A stretch of DNA of 20,000 nt from an uncultured virus (IMG/VR IMGVR_UViG_3300027751_000012) (lineage: Duplodnaviria; Heunggongvirae; Uroviricota; Caudoviricetes): the IMG/VR virus record IMGVR_UViG_3300027751_000012; one strand, given 5' to 3'. Shown piece by piece: positions 8,949 through 17,512 of the stretch. The translations under genes and the position numbers were made by a program. The notes under the pieces were generated by a model. It searched no databases. It was not told where the DNA came from and worked only from the letters and a program-made list of their open reading frames with translations. How positions within the stretch are numbered: position 1 is the stretch's first letter; each line of letters opens with the position of its first letter.

Positions 8949-9296
8949 CTAAAGTATCTCAATAATTCTTCCAGTACCGTCAATTGCTGTGTCATGAATA
9001 TGTTCAGGAATAAAGTTTGCATCCTCTGTGGTTGCTAACAAAGTCCAATCTGAACCATTATAGACCTTTAGCCTAGGCTCTACTGGATTTGACATATCAA
9101 GCCATAGCTTTCCAGGTACTAGTGTTGATGGGGCTGTAGAATCTACTGTGGCTAAACCAAGGTTTCTAGCATATCCTACTGTTGCAGCATGATTACTTTC
9201 AGTTGGCTCAGCAGCTGATAAAGACCCAATAAAGTTTGCATCTCCTGCGACCTGCAGTCCATGCTTTATCTTAAAGTCTTCACTTGTAGTAGACAT
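8949..9296 (-). CDS. Small tail-fibre-associated structural protein
   Basis: DFKIKHG N-terminus, STAPSTLVPGKLWLD...VYNGSDW, HIHDTAIDGTG; GGAGG SD. Confidence 0.75.
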   Translation of the reverse strand: MSTTSEDFKIKHGLQVAGDANFIGSLSAAEPTESNHAATVGYARNLGLATVDSTAPSTLVPGKLWLDMSNPVEPRLKVYNGSDWTLLATTEDANFIPEHIHDTAIDGTGRIIEIL

Positions 9297-9319
9297 TACA
9301 GCCCCATCCTCCTATTTAA

Positions 9320-10981
9320 TTATACTAGCAGAGTTCCTACAACAGTAACATCGGAATTATTGTTAAGTGTTGTTACAAGAAGCTCTACGTCTGTTCCGTT
9401 CATTAATGCAGTAACAGTTGCAAGCGATCCGTTAGTTCCAACCATTGCATATTCTGTAATTGCAATGTTGTCAGCTGTATCTAGAGTAATTAGAACCTCA
9501 GATACTTCTGTGTGAACACCAGAAGCAACCTTTACCAGGAACTTAGCTGTTCTGTATGCAGTTCCAGAGAATCCGTAGCCAACTACCTGGCTAGCAGTTG
9601 CAACATTCTGAGTTGCAGCTACCTGTAGTGCAACGGAGTTTACATCCACTGCCTCGTAGGTTGGTGTTGCAGTTGCGTCACCAGTTGCTACTAGGGTGTC
9701 TGCATAGCCCTCAGCTGCAGTCTGAGCTGCGGTAGCCTTGCTAGATGCATCCGATGCTGCAGTAGAGATTGCTTCTGACTTAGCAGTTGCAATGTCTGAA
9801 GCTACGGCTGCCTGAGCACGTGCATTGGTGAAGTAAAGGTTGGTAACACCTTCAGCTAGGTCATCAGTGTCAGAATCTGCAACACCGTTCTCTGCTGTAA
9901 TTGTTAGACCAGCACCGTCACCAGTGATTGTAATGTTAGTTAGTGATGCACCAGTTAGAAGTGATGCAGCATCTGTCTGTGCCTTTGCAGTTGTGTAGTA
10001 CTCGTTTGTACCCTCAGCTACATCGTCAGTTGTTAGAGCATCGATAGTTCCGTTGATGGTTGTCTCAATGCCGTCTGCGTATAGCTCTGCTGCTGCCTGA
10101 GCATCGTCAACGTACTTCTTAGTAGCAGCGTGTAGATCTACTGTTGGAGCACCAGATAGAGTTAGTGCACCAGTCATGGTGTCGCCAGACTTACTTACCT
10201 TAGTACCGATCTCGGTGGTTAGGTTAGTGATTACATCTGGGTTATCACCAAGGGCTGCAGCTAGCTCATTTAGAGTATCTAGTGTAGCTGGAGCAGAATC
10301 TACAAGGTCAGCGACTGCACTTGCAATCCTGTCTGTAATAGTGTTTCCGCCCGTGCCATCTACTGTGCCATCACCGATTAGGCTGTCTGTGTAGGTGTTT
10401 GCATTAGATTCTGCTGTATCTGCATAGCCCTGAGCAGCAGAGTCTAGTGTACCAATCTCACCGTCTGTATAGCTGTTGGCAGCAGTGATTGCATCTGCCT
10501 CAGCTGTATCTGCATAGGCCTTTAGAGATGTGTCAAGAGTTGTGATCTCGCCATCTGTGTAGGTGTTTGCGTTAGACTCTGCGGTGGCTGCTGAACCTGC
10601 TGCATCGTAAGCTGCATTGGTAGCATCTAGTGCACGCTGGTCAGTGAAGTACTGGTTTGTAGTACCCTCTGACAGGCTGTCTGTATCGTGGTTAGAAATG
10701 TCTGATACTGTACCAGTTACGTCACCACTTACATCACCAGTTAGATCTCCAACAAATCCCTGATCTGCTGTAATCTCGTTTGCTGTAAAGTCTCCATTGG
10801 CGTCACGAAGTACTAGCGTATCTGGAGTGTTTGTAGAAACACCAGAACCACCAACCTGTGCGATAATGTAGTTTACGTCTGCCGAACTCTTTGTAAGAAT
10901 GTCGAATGTATTTACTGTTGCTGTTGTACCTTCAACTACAAGACCGTGTTTGATCTTAAAGTTTTTGTTTACTGTTGCCAT
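9320..10981 (-). CDS. Long tail fibre / structural protein
   Basis: NFKIKHG N-terminus; three TDxxxEGxxNxY[FY]T repeats; APATLDTLNELAAALGDNP; GDTMTGAL; HAATKKYVD; C-terminal YRTAKFLV...TEYAMV domain. Confidence 0.85.
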   Translation of the reverse strand: MATVNKNFKIKHGLVVEGTTATVNTFDILTKSSADVNYIIAQVGGSGVSTNTPDTLVLRDANGDFTANEITADQGFVGDLTGDVSGDVTGTVSDISNHDTDSLSEGTTNQYFTDQRALDATNAAYDAAGSAATAESNANTYTDGEITTLDTSLKAYADTAEADAITAANSYTDGEIGTLDSAAQGYADTAESNANTYTDSLIGDGTVDGTGGNTITDRIASAVADLVDSAPATLDTLNELAAALGDNPDVITNLTTEIGTKVSKSGDTMTGALTLSGAPTVDLHAATKKYVDDAQAAAELYADGIETTINGTIDALTTDDVAEGTNEYYTTAKAQTDAASLLTGASLTNITITGDGAGLTITAENGVADSDTDDLAEGVTNLYFTNARAQAAVASDIATAKSEAISTAASDASSKATAAQTAAEGYADTLVATGDATATPTYEAVDVNSVALQVAATQNVATASQVVGYGFSGTAYRTAKFLVKVASGVHTEVSEVLITLDTADNIAITEYAMVGTNGSLATVTALMNGTDVELLVTTLNNNSDVTVVGTLLV

Positions 10982-11004
10982 TTTGATTATCTCCTAATAA
11001 AAGA

Positions 11005-11451
11005 TTAAGCTTTTAGTCCCATGCGAGCGTATCGCACGGTAACAGGCTTAATGACTGCGTCTGGGGTAACTGTAACTGCTACAGTGTCGCCAGTCCTAGA
11101 GACATCAATGGTGCCCATATTCCCATCATTGTCTATTGTGCCATACTCGCTGACTGAAACGTTTGTTCCATCAACTAGTACGGTCAACTCTGTTGCGTAG
11201 AATTTATTATCCCCTTCTGTGGTCTTGGAGATAGAAATGATGTACTTCACCATTCTCCAGACAGTAGCATCGAAGCTGTCTACTACGGTAGGGTTTTCAA
11301 CTCCAGAAATGGTGCTCTCGTTATTTCCAGAGGTACCGAGGTCGGTTGCCTGACCTGCAGCGGTATCAATCAGATCTTCGTAATCTGCTTGTTCTGGACG
11401 ATCTCCAGTCTCGAAGCGTGTCTTAATATAAGGGATAGATGTTCTTGCCAT
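11005..11451 (-). CDS. Structural protein sharing the C-terminal domain type of 9320..10981
   Basis: FETGDRPEQADYEDLID N-terminal motif; WRMVKYII...SEYGTI aligns by eye with YRTAKFLV...TEYAMV; leaderless start. Confidence 0.75.
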   Translation of the reverse strand: MARTSIPYIKTRFETGDRPEQADYEDLIDTAAGQATDLGTSGNNESTISGVENPTVVDSFDATVWRMVKYIISISKTTEGDNKFYATELTVLVDGTNVSVSEYGTIDNDGNMGTIDVSRTGDTVAVTVTPDAVIKPVTVRYARMGLKA

Positions 11452-11457
11452 GTACTA

Positions 11458-11466
11458 ATTATAGCG
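11458..11466 (-). promoter_or_regulatory. -10 promoter (CGCTATAAT) for a leaderless mRNA
   Basis: TATAAT exactly 6 nt before ATG 11451; no SD. Confidence 0.65.
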
Positions 11467-11481
11467 GCATTTTAAACAAAA

Positions 11482-11706
11482 CTATAAAACATAGTTGCTG
11501 TAGCCAATGATGGCGATGCCGATAGGAGCTGGGTTGTTGGGGCCATAAGCATTAATTCCAATAGTTGTAAACTTTACACGAAATGGAAGAAAATCTACAA
11601 CTTTTGCATTATATTTATCGTCATATACTTTTGACGTATGGCCATTTACTTTGTTTATGTAGACAAGCTTTTGGCCTATAACATTAGTTATGACCGCCTT
11701 TGCCAT
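11482..11706 (-). CDS. Hypothetical protein, 74 aa, translationally coupled to the upstream adaptor
   Basis: TAATG 1-nt overlap with 11706..12107; fills the gap. Confidence 0.7.
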   Translation of the reverse strand: MAKAVITNVIGQKLVYINKVNGHTSKVYDDKYNAKVVDFLPFRVKFTTIGINAYGPNNPAPIGIAIIGYSNYVL

Positions 11707-12107
11707 TAGTTTGTTACATCCTCAATCACTACGACTTTGCCCTGGGCAACAGTCCAAACTTTTGCATCTTGTGCAGTCCTAAGCTCAATGTCAAATATGT
11801 CCCCAGTTTCTAGCTGTGAAGACTCTGCTGCTGTGAGGGAAACCGTAAACTCTCCTGCTGCATCATCTGGGTCTTGGGCTGGCTCTAGAGTTAGTACGAT
11901 AGTTGCTGCATCGGTTATTACGCCAGCATCAGATGGGCTTGAGGGCCTCTTGATTTCCATGTCAATAGTCCAGTCTGGAATGTTCAGTGGGGACTTTGCG
12001 TCATCCGTAACATAAACCTTGAATGCTGCAGTATCTCCACGGACTACCGTCCATGTTACTTGTGGTGGGGCGTTACCAACGCTATACCCTGAGTTTCTTG
12101 TGGCCAT
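11706..12107 (-). CDS. [RK]GDT-type beta-sandwich virion adaptor (BppU-N/LtfC-like), paralogue 1
   Basis: WTVVRGDT...FDIEL...VWTVAQGKVVVIEDVT; similar to 15349..15708 and 17026..17412. Confidence 0.75.
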   Translation of the reverse strand: MATRNSGYSVGNAPPQVTWTVVRGDTAAFKVYVTDDAKSPLNIPDWTIDMEIKRPSSPSDAGVITDAATIVLTLEPAQDPDDAAGEFTVSLTAAESSQLETGDIFDIELRTAQDAKVWTVAQGKVVVIEDVTN

Positions 12108-12113
12108 AAAGTA

Positions 12114-12151
12114 ATTATACCATATACTTTTAGAGAATTAGGTGGTATAAT
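12114..12151. promoter_or_regulatory. Back-to-back extended -10 promoters: TGGTATAAT on - (12114-12122) and on + (12143-12151)
   Basis: Two perfect TGGTATAAT in divergent orientation; the minus copy is 6 nt from ATG 12107. Confidence 0.75.
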
Positions 12152-12208
12152 TGTAGGAATAAACGACGGCACCCCTAAAAAGGTGCTTTTCCTTTTAGGG
12201 GGATAAAA

Positions 12209-12805
12209 ATGGTAATTAGCAATAATAAAGTTTTAAGAACAGCAGGACTCACAGGAATTATTCTTCTTGGAATGACAGAATGTGCAATGATTGGAGATCT
12301 GTCCGCTGTTGCAGATACCCCAAAAACACAAACACTAAATGTTCCCACTACCTCAATGGATATTATTGAAATAGTAATAGAATCTAAGCGATTTATGAGA
12401 GCTATGCCAGAAATTGTTGAAGTAGCCCCATGGCTTAAGCCAGAGATGCAGTCAATTATGCTATCCGACTCTGAGCTTATCTCAGTACTAAAGCAGGCTG
12501 GTTTTTCTGGTAACGGTTTACGAATGGCTTGGGCCATTGTAAGGGCAGAGTCTACATCTAGAGTATATGCTCACAATAGAAACAGAAATACTGGAGATAA
12601 CTCTTATGGTCTTTTTCAAATCAACATGATTGATGGCCTTGGCCCAGCTAGACTTGAAAAATATGGTCTAGAAAAAAATGAAGACTTGTTTACCCCATTA
12701 GTAAATGCTCAAGTTGCTTTTAAGATTTCTGCTGGTGGAACCAATTGGGGTGCTTGGACAACACATAAAAAAGCACAATCAAATGTTTCTAGCTTTCCTG
12801 GCTAG
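12209..12805 (+). CDS. Lysozyme-like / SLT-fold transglycosylase with N-terminal hydrophobic segment
   Basis: AWAIVRAES (catalytic Glu), GDNSYGLFQIN, NAQVA, GGTNWGAW; AGGGGG SD. Confidence 0.85.
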   Translation: MVISNNKVLRTAGLTGIILLGMTECAMIGDLSAVADTPKTQTLNVPTTSMDIIEIVIESKRFMRAMPEIVEVAPWLKPEMQSIMLSDSELISVLKQAGFSGNGLRMAWAIVRAESTSRVYAHNRNRNTGDNSYGLFQINMIDGLGPARLEKYGLEKNEDLFTPLVNAQVAFKISAGGTNWGAWTTHKKAQSNVSSFPG

Positions 12806-12806
12806 A

Positions 12807-14294
12807 TTAAATATCTTCCCAGGTACTGCCGTTAAATCTTTTTGCAACTGTTAGGTCTGTCCACGAGCTACCATCATACCTTTTATAAATTGTAATTGGT
12901 GTTGAGCTAGAAGATCCAGTCATTCTGTTACCACCATTCAACAATGCTGAGTCAACAGTAATCGTAAATGTTTTCTGTGCAGTATCTACCGAGTTTGATG
13001 CATAAATTGTAAAGGTAGAAACTCCTGGTGAAGTTGGTGTTCCATATACCCTCCCATTACTAAAATACATACCTGCTGGCAATACTCCAGAATAGGACCA
13101 TGATGTGACATTTGATGCAGATACGGAGTCATCATAAAACACTCCTACTGTTGCAAAAGCAGAAAGGCTTTGATCAATCCATGATGGTGCTGGTAGTGAA
13201 GAAATTATAATTGAAAAGCCCTGCGTTGTAGGGTTAGTAATATTTTCTGCCCTAAGATCAAATGAGTACGTTCCAGCAGTAGTTGGTGTGCCACTTACAT
13301 AAAAGTATTCGCCGCTTGCATTTCCAGAAAGCCCTGGTGGCAAAGATCCAGAGCTTATTGTTATTGGTCCATATGCAGTGTCATGCCCAGTTGCCCTAGC
13401 ATAGTCTTGTGTATAGGTTGTATTAACTTGACCAGAATTAAAACTTCCAGACCAAGTTGGTGCTGGTACTGGTGGAGCTCCAGACTCTGTAGTTGCAGAT
13501 GCAGATGATGACCAGGGTCCAGTAGAATCTGACACAACGCTTCTAATCGTATTGTCATAGGCTGCTACTCTAAAATTATAGGCGACCCCAGCCTCAAGTC
13601 CTGTTACTGATACTCCCGTTAAAGGATATCCGCTTGTGCTGGTAAAGGTTGTCCATGCAGCGTCTACCGCTTTTTTATACTGAATAGTATATCCATCTGC
13701 TGATGTCGCTACCCCCGATGCTGCCACTTGTGAAAATGTAACATTAACACTGTTTTGTCCAGTTGTAGACGCAGCAATTTGTGATGGTGCATTTGGTAGA
13801 CCATAATAGTCAAGCGACAGGTATTGCTGAGAATTTGCAGATTCAACTGAGTTTGCATAAACACTATCGCCTGGACTAGTGCCAGGAGCCGTTCTAGTAC
13901 TCATAACTCCAGAAGTGCTAGTGGCAAGTGCTCCAGCATAGTATTCTGTTGTGCTTCCAAGAACTGCATCTGCACTACCTGCAAAATATGCGTATCCGCT
14001 ACCTAAGCTTGCTGAGCCAGAGAAGGTATTATAGGCATTTGAGGATGCCTTGTCTGTTCCACCTGGGGTTCGCCCCATGATTACTTTGATAGTTCTTGAG
14101 CCAGAAGGGGCATCGGCATCTGCTGCTCTAGCGTATACAACTATTCGTGTAACTACGTATAGCTGTCTACTCTCTTGAGGGTTAGTGTTTCCGCCCCAGT
14201 CATCTGGAGTAAAGCTTGAAACAAGGTATCCATTGAAATCTGTTACTCGAGGTTCCCAAGAAGTGCTTGTCGTTCCATAAGTCTTAGTAGCCAT
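12807..14294 (-). CDS. Ser/Thr-rich adhesin-like tail 'head' protein: FN3 plus two He_PIG domains
   Basis: YTIQYKK...VTGLEAGVAYNFRVAAY (FN3); SGSLPPGL...SGTPTTAGTYSF and LPAGM...GTPTSPG (He_PIG); C-terminal YDGSSW...FNGSTW. Confidence 0.8.
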   Translation of the reverse strand: MATKTYGTTSTSWEPRVTDFNGYLVSSFTPDDWGGNTNPQESRQLYVVTRIVVYARAADADAPSGSRTIKVIMGRTPGGTDKASSNAYNTFSGSASLGSGYAYFAGSADAVLGSTTEYYAGALATSTSGVMSTRTAPGTSPGDSVYANSVESANSQQYLSLDYYGLPNAPSQIAASTTGQNSVNVTFSQVAASGVATSADGYTIQYKKAVDAAWTTFTSTSGYPLTGVSVTGLEAGVAYNFRVAAYDNTIRSVVSDSTGPWSSSASATTESGAPPVPAPTWSGSFNSGQVNTTYTQDYARATGHDTAYGPITISSGSLPPGLSGNASGEYFYVSGTPTTAGTYSFDLRAENITNPTTQGFSIIISSLPAPSWIDQSLSAFATVGVFYDDSVSASNVTSWSYSGVLPAGMYFSNGRVYGTPTSPGVSTFTIYASNSVDTAQKTFTITVDSALLNGGNRMTGSSSSTPITIYKRYDGSSWTDLTVAKRFNGSTWEDI

Positions 14295-14301
14295 TATCTA
14301 C

Positions 14302-15060
14302 CTACCAGAACCAGAGGTCTCCAGAGGAGGCTCCTGAAGGTGTCGCAGATTGTACATAAATCTTTGGCTGCTCACTCTTTGTATAGTAAAGATCATTATG
14401 AGTGTGCGAAGCAAGTGCCCTATCGTCAAGCTGTGATTGAATGTTACCAACTACACCGTCTAAAGCATTCAGCTCTGTGGTAGAGATTAGTGCTGATGAT
14501 GAAAACTTGCCAGCACTGTCCACAATTGCTACTGTATCTACAGAGACTGAGGAATTTATTCTGGAATCAATCTGAGGCTGTGTATAGTATCTTGAGTCAT
14601 GCAAGTGGCCATCTTTAGAGGCTAAGCTCCATCCAGACCATGTAGATGTACCTGCTGTGGTAGATCTAAAATAAAAGTTATTTGTTGCACCAGATGTATG
14701 ATATGTTTGGAATGCAGTTGAGTTAGCAAAAAATACATTTAGAATTCCAGCAGTTGTAGATGGATAGCCCAATACAACTGTAGGTGCAGATATAGAAGCG
14801 TAGACACCAGTGCTTGTGACATCATTTAGATTTTGAGACCCCAGCAGCTGTGTAATTGCCGAGACACCTGCCTGAACATTTTCCAATGCTGAAAGGGTAT
14901 CTCTAATATACCCAGCCATAGAGCTATTGAGAATTTCTTCTTCAGATGCAGGAACAGTAGTAGTTCCATAGTGATAAAGATTAAATGCTTGGCGTATGTC
15001 TGCTGACTCTGAATAGGCTGGCACCTGTGTTGGATAAAATGCACCAATTGACTCTGGCAT
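14302..15060 (-). CDS. Tail fibre stalk protein with a pyocin-knob-like domain
   Basis: NLNDVTSTGVY...AGIL.V...QTY...YFR...WSGW knob pattern; HLHDSRYYT and HTHNDLYYT motifs; ends YVQSATPSGASSGDLWFW. Confidence 0.8.
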   Translation of the reverse strand: MPESIGAFYPTQVPAYSESADIRQAFNLYHYGTTTVPASEEEILNSSMAGYIRDTLSALENVQAGVSAITQLLGSQNLNDVTSTGVYASISAPTVVLGYPSTTAGILNVFFANSTAFQTYHTSGATNNFYFRSTTAGTSTWSGWSLASKDGHLHDSRYYTQPQIDSRINSSVSVDTVAIVDSAGKFSSSALISTTELNALDGVVGNIQSQLDDRALASHTHNDLYYTKSEQPKIYVQSATPSGASSGDLWFW

Positions 15061-15061
15061 A

Positions 15062-15349
15062 TTACACCGCCCCTAGATTAAGATCAATGAGCTGAGCCCA
15101 ATCTTCTGTTCCTGGACCTGTCTTCTGGTACATTACCCTATAATCATCTTCGACTGGAGATGTTACGATTACAATGTCAAATAGAATTACACCGTCTGGC
15201 TTTGTTGTTGTCGCCAATCTTGGATCTGCAGAGATACCAAAAATTCTAGTGCCTCGTGTTCCCTGTGGCCCATAGTTGATATCAACATTCTTTGTGGTTA
15301 CCCCACCAACAACAACAACATCGATAGCTGATACATCAATATTTGGCAT
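15062..15349 (-). CDS. Hypothetical structural protein with a vestigial collagen motif
   Basis: GPQGTRG; TAATG overlap with the upstream adaptor. Confidence 0.7.
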   Translation of the reverse strand: MPNIDVSAIDVVVVGGVTTKNVDINYGPQGTRGTRIFGISADPRLATTTKPDGVILFDIVIVTSPVEDDYRVMYQKTGPGTEDWAQLIDLNLGAV

Positions 15350-15708
15350 TATGGTGCCTCGCTTACCTGCTCTGTCACAGATATAGTGCCAGTGAGGAGA
15401 GTGTGTACTAGTGGGTAGTCTGTAGCATCTAGGTCATTAATCTCTACGTCATATACGTATGATGTTGCCTCAGCAAGAACAGCTGAGTCTGATGGAGTAA
15501 TTGCACAGCGAATGTGGTCTGACTGGACAGAGCTATATGCTACAACTCTATTTGCTACTCCGTCTGCTCCACGTGAAGTAGAGATAGTAAAAATTGATTC
15601 ATACGGTGTCAGGTCAAATACGTTGCCTGCAGAATCTTTGGGGTATACGTTAAACTCAAAGGTGTCCCCTTTGTAGTACGAAAAGTTATAAGTTCCTGGA
15701 AATGCCAT
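15349..15708 (-). CDS. [RK]GDT-type virion adaptor, paralogue 2
   Basis: YYKGDTF...YVYDVEI...TLLTGTISVTEQVS; leaderless start. Confidence 0.75.
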   Translation of the reverse strand: MAFPGTYNFSYYKGDTFEFNVYPKDSAGNVFDLTPYESIFTISTSRGADGVANRVVAYSSVQSDHIRCAITPSDSAVLAEATSYVYDVEINDLDATDYPLVHTLLTGTISVTEQVSEAP

Positions 15709-15714
15709 ACTAGT

Positions 15715-15723
15715 ATTATAGCA
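15715..15723 (-). promoter_or_regulatory. Extended -10 TGCTATAAT, leaderless
   Basis: 6 nt before ATG 15708. Confidence 0.7.
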
Positions 15724-15725
15724 CG

Positions 15726-16442
15726 TTAACTTACAGAAATAGTTATGCTTTTAGGAATAAAGATACAGTTGTTGTCTGAACGAACCAATGGCAAAATACC
15801 GTCTGCCCTGTCGGCTTCATTGTCTATTGTCAGATGCTGTGTGACTGAAAAGTTGTAGTCATACTCATACTTTAGCAAAGCTACGAATGATGTATATTCT
15901 TTTTTAGATGCTGGAAACTGACTTTGAATCCAGATCTCGGTATTTGATGAAAGTGTAGATATATCAAAATTATAAGTTATTGAAACTTGTGATCCTATTT
16001 CTAGGTGCTTAGTATTAATTCTTTTTGCAGAAGTGTTATACAAAGATACGGAGTTTCTTGGCAAAAACTTTTCTACTGTGTCTTTACCATTGCCATCTAC
16101 AGAAAAAGATACCCAGCCGTCTACTCCACGATTAGACCCTAGGGCTAGCTGTTTAAGATCTTTGTGCGAGTATCTTGCCCATCCAGAATCTTGTCCGTAA
16201 ACAGGCATGTAGCTAATGCCATCTTTACCAGCTGGACCAGGCTCACCCTTTGGACCTTTTTTGCCTTCTTTTCCTTCGGCACCTGCTGGACCAATGTCTC
16301 CTCTTGGGCCCTGTGGGCCTGCTGGACCTGGTACGGCTATATACTGTGGACCATCTGTGGGAATTGCTCCCTTAGATGGTGTTGCCTCTTTTTCATAAGG
16401 AGATTTTTTTCTTACAATTGGAAACTCTACATCACTTGCCAT
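15726..16442 (-). CDS. Collagen-like protein (12 GXY triplets) with a C-terminal globular domain
   Basis: GPAGPQGPRGDIGPAGAEGKEGKKGPKGEPGPAGKD. Confidence 0.85.
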   Translation of the reverse strand: MASDVEFPIVRKKSPYEKEATPSKGAIPTDGPQYIAVPGPAGPQGPRGDIGPAGAEGKEGKKGPKGEPGPAGKDGISYMPVYGQDSGWARYSHKDLKQLALGSNRGVDGWVSFSVDGNGKDTVEKFLPRNSVSLYNTSAKRINTKHLEIGSQVSITYNFDISTLSSNTEIWIQSQFPASKKEYTSFVALLKYEYDYNFSVTQHLTIDNEADRADGILPLVRSDNNCIFIPKSITISVS

Positions 16443-16448
16443 ATATCT

Positions 16449-16457
16449 ATTATCTCA
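16449..16457 (-). promoter_or_regulatory. Extended -10 variant TGAGATAAT, leaderless
   Basis: 6 nt before ATG 16442; one mismatch to TATAAT. Confidence 0.55.
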
Positions 16458-16459
16458 GA

Positions 16460-17026
16460 TTATTGAGATTTCAGGTACGTTCCGCTAATATGAAAGTTAT
16501 CTTCTGCTGTTAGTGAGACTGGTGTGGTAGGAGTAAACGCCTCGTCCTGTCCGTTACTAGCGGTGTAGTAAAGATTAAGCTGGCTAGACCCTGCATTTAC
16601 ATTTCCAGAAATACCATAGCTCTTACCACTAGACTGGTCATAAATGTGTCCGTCTCTAAAGTAGTACTCATCTCTTGCATTGAACGGCAAAGTTACGTAA
16701 TACTGTCCCGTTCCGAAGTTTGTGATGTTGTCGAAATCTACATTAACTGTAAAGTGTACAAGGTCTCCAATAACAATCGCTTCTCCTGCAAATAGAGGAT
16801 CTCCGTTAAATGTTGGCTGAGCTCCATCTGTTCCCCCACCTACAATATACGAAGTGATTTCTGAAACACCAGACTCTCCCTGGATTCCTTGCTCTCCTTG
16901 TGGACCCTGCTCGCCCTGTAGACCCATTGGTCCCGTTAGTCCAGTTTCACCCTGGATGCCTTGTAAGCCTCTTGGGCCTGTAGCTCCAGGTGCTCCTGGA
17001 AATGGTACGATATTAACTGTTGGCAT
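16460..17026 (-). CDS. Collagen-like tail fibre protein with a C-terminal beta-sandwich head
   Basis: About 14 GXY triplets from residue 10; GDLVHF...YYVTLPF...ISGTY C-terminal domain; TAATG overlap with the adaptor. Confidence 0.85.
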   Translation of the reverse strand: MPTVNIVPFPGAPGATGPRGLQGIQGETGLTGPMGLQGEQGPQGEQGIQGESGVSEITSYIVGGGTDGAQPTFNGDPLFAGEAIVIGDLVHFTVNVDFDNITNFGTGQYYVTLPFNARDEYYFRDGHIYDQSSGKSYGISGNVNAGSSQLNLYYTASNGQDEAFTPTTPVSLTAEDNFHISGTYLKSQ

Positions 17027-17412
17027 TATAAACTACCTCCTGTAACGTCTCCAAGTACTGAGATAGTGCCTATGACTGGAGTCCAGACGGTATCATTATC
17101 AATTGTAACTTGTAGATCAAAAGCCAATTCCGCTACGGTTTTCTTATATCCGTCTCCCCATAGCGATGTAATGTCTGCTGGTGCTACGACGTCTACGTAG
17201 CCTTCACCTGCAGTAATTTCAAGTTCATCTGTGATACCGTTTTTGTAGTCATATGCTGATGCTGCAAAATCCCATGTGGAGGTATCGTAAGCGGTTGCCT
17301 CGTCGTCTTCAAAAAATTGGATTCTAATGACTGCCGTGTCGCCTCTTACGACGTTCCACTTAATGTTGGCAGGATTAGCTCCAAAAACTTCTGGTCCGCA
17401 TGCTGATGTCAT
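17026..17412 (-). CDS. [RK]GDT-type virion adaptor, paralogue 3
   Basis: WNVVRGDT...LAFDLQV...[16 protein letters not shown]; leaderless start. Confidence 0.75.
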   Translation of the reverse strand: MTSACGPEVFGANPANIKWNVVRGDTAVIRIQFFEDDEATAYDTSTWDFAASAYDYKNGITDELEITAGEGYVDVVAPADITSLWGDGYKKTVAELAFDLQVTIDNDTVWTPVIGTISVLGDVTGGSL

Positions 17413-17418
17413 AGATAT

Positions 17419-17427
17419 ATTATAACA
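17419..17427 (-). promoter_or_regulatory. Extended -10 TGTTATAAT, leaderless
   Basis: 6 nt before ATG 17412. Confidence 0.7.
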
Positions 17428-17452
17428 TCAATAAAATAAATAAAGTCTCAGG

Positions 17453-17507
17453 AATAAAAAACTGGTACCTAGAAAGTGGGTATGAGAGACATTCTAAGTA
17501 CCAGTTT
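17453..17507 (-). ncRNA. Candidate ~55-nt single-hairpin small RNA
   Basis: Own promoter TGGTATAAT (17513-17521, -); 16-bp stem 17459-17474/17492-17507 whose one mismatch is G-U on the minus strand; 17-nt loop; U-tract at the 3' end. Confidence 0.6.
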
Positions 17508-17512
17508 AGTAT

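Noticed and set aside
12175..12537. 120-aa minus-strand ORF
   Set aside because: Lies antisense to the well-supported lysozyme-like gene and its 5' UTR; no promoter or SD.
2370..17045. Other short ORFs nested in structural genes (e.g. 2370, 2464, 3077, 3987, 5493, 8144, 9261, 10176, 11737, 13361, 14826, 16164, 16216, 16854)
   Set aside because: Overlap longer motif-bearing genes; no start signals; composition typical of shadow frames.
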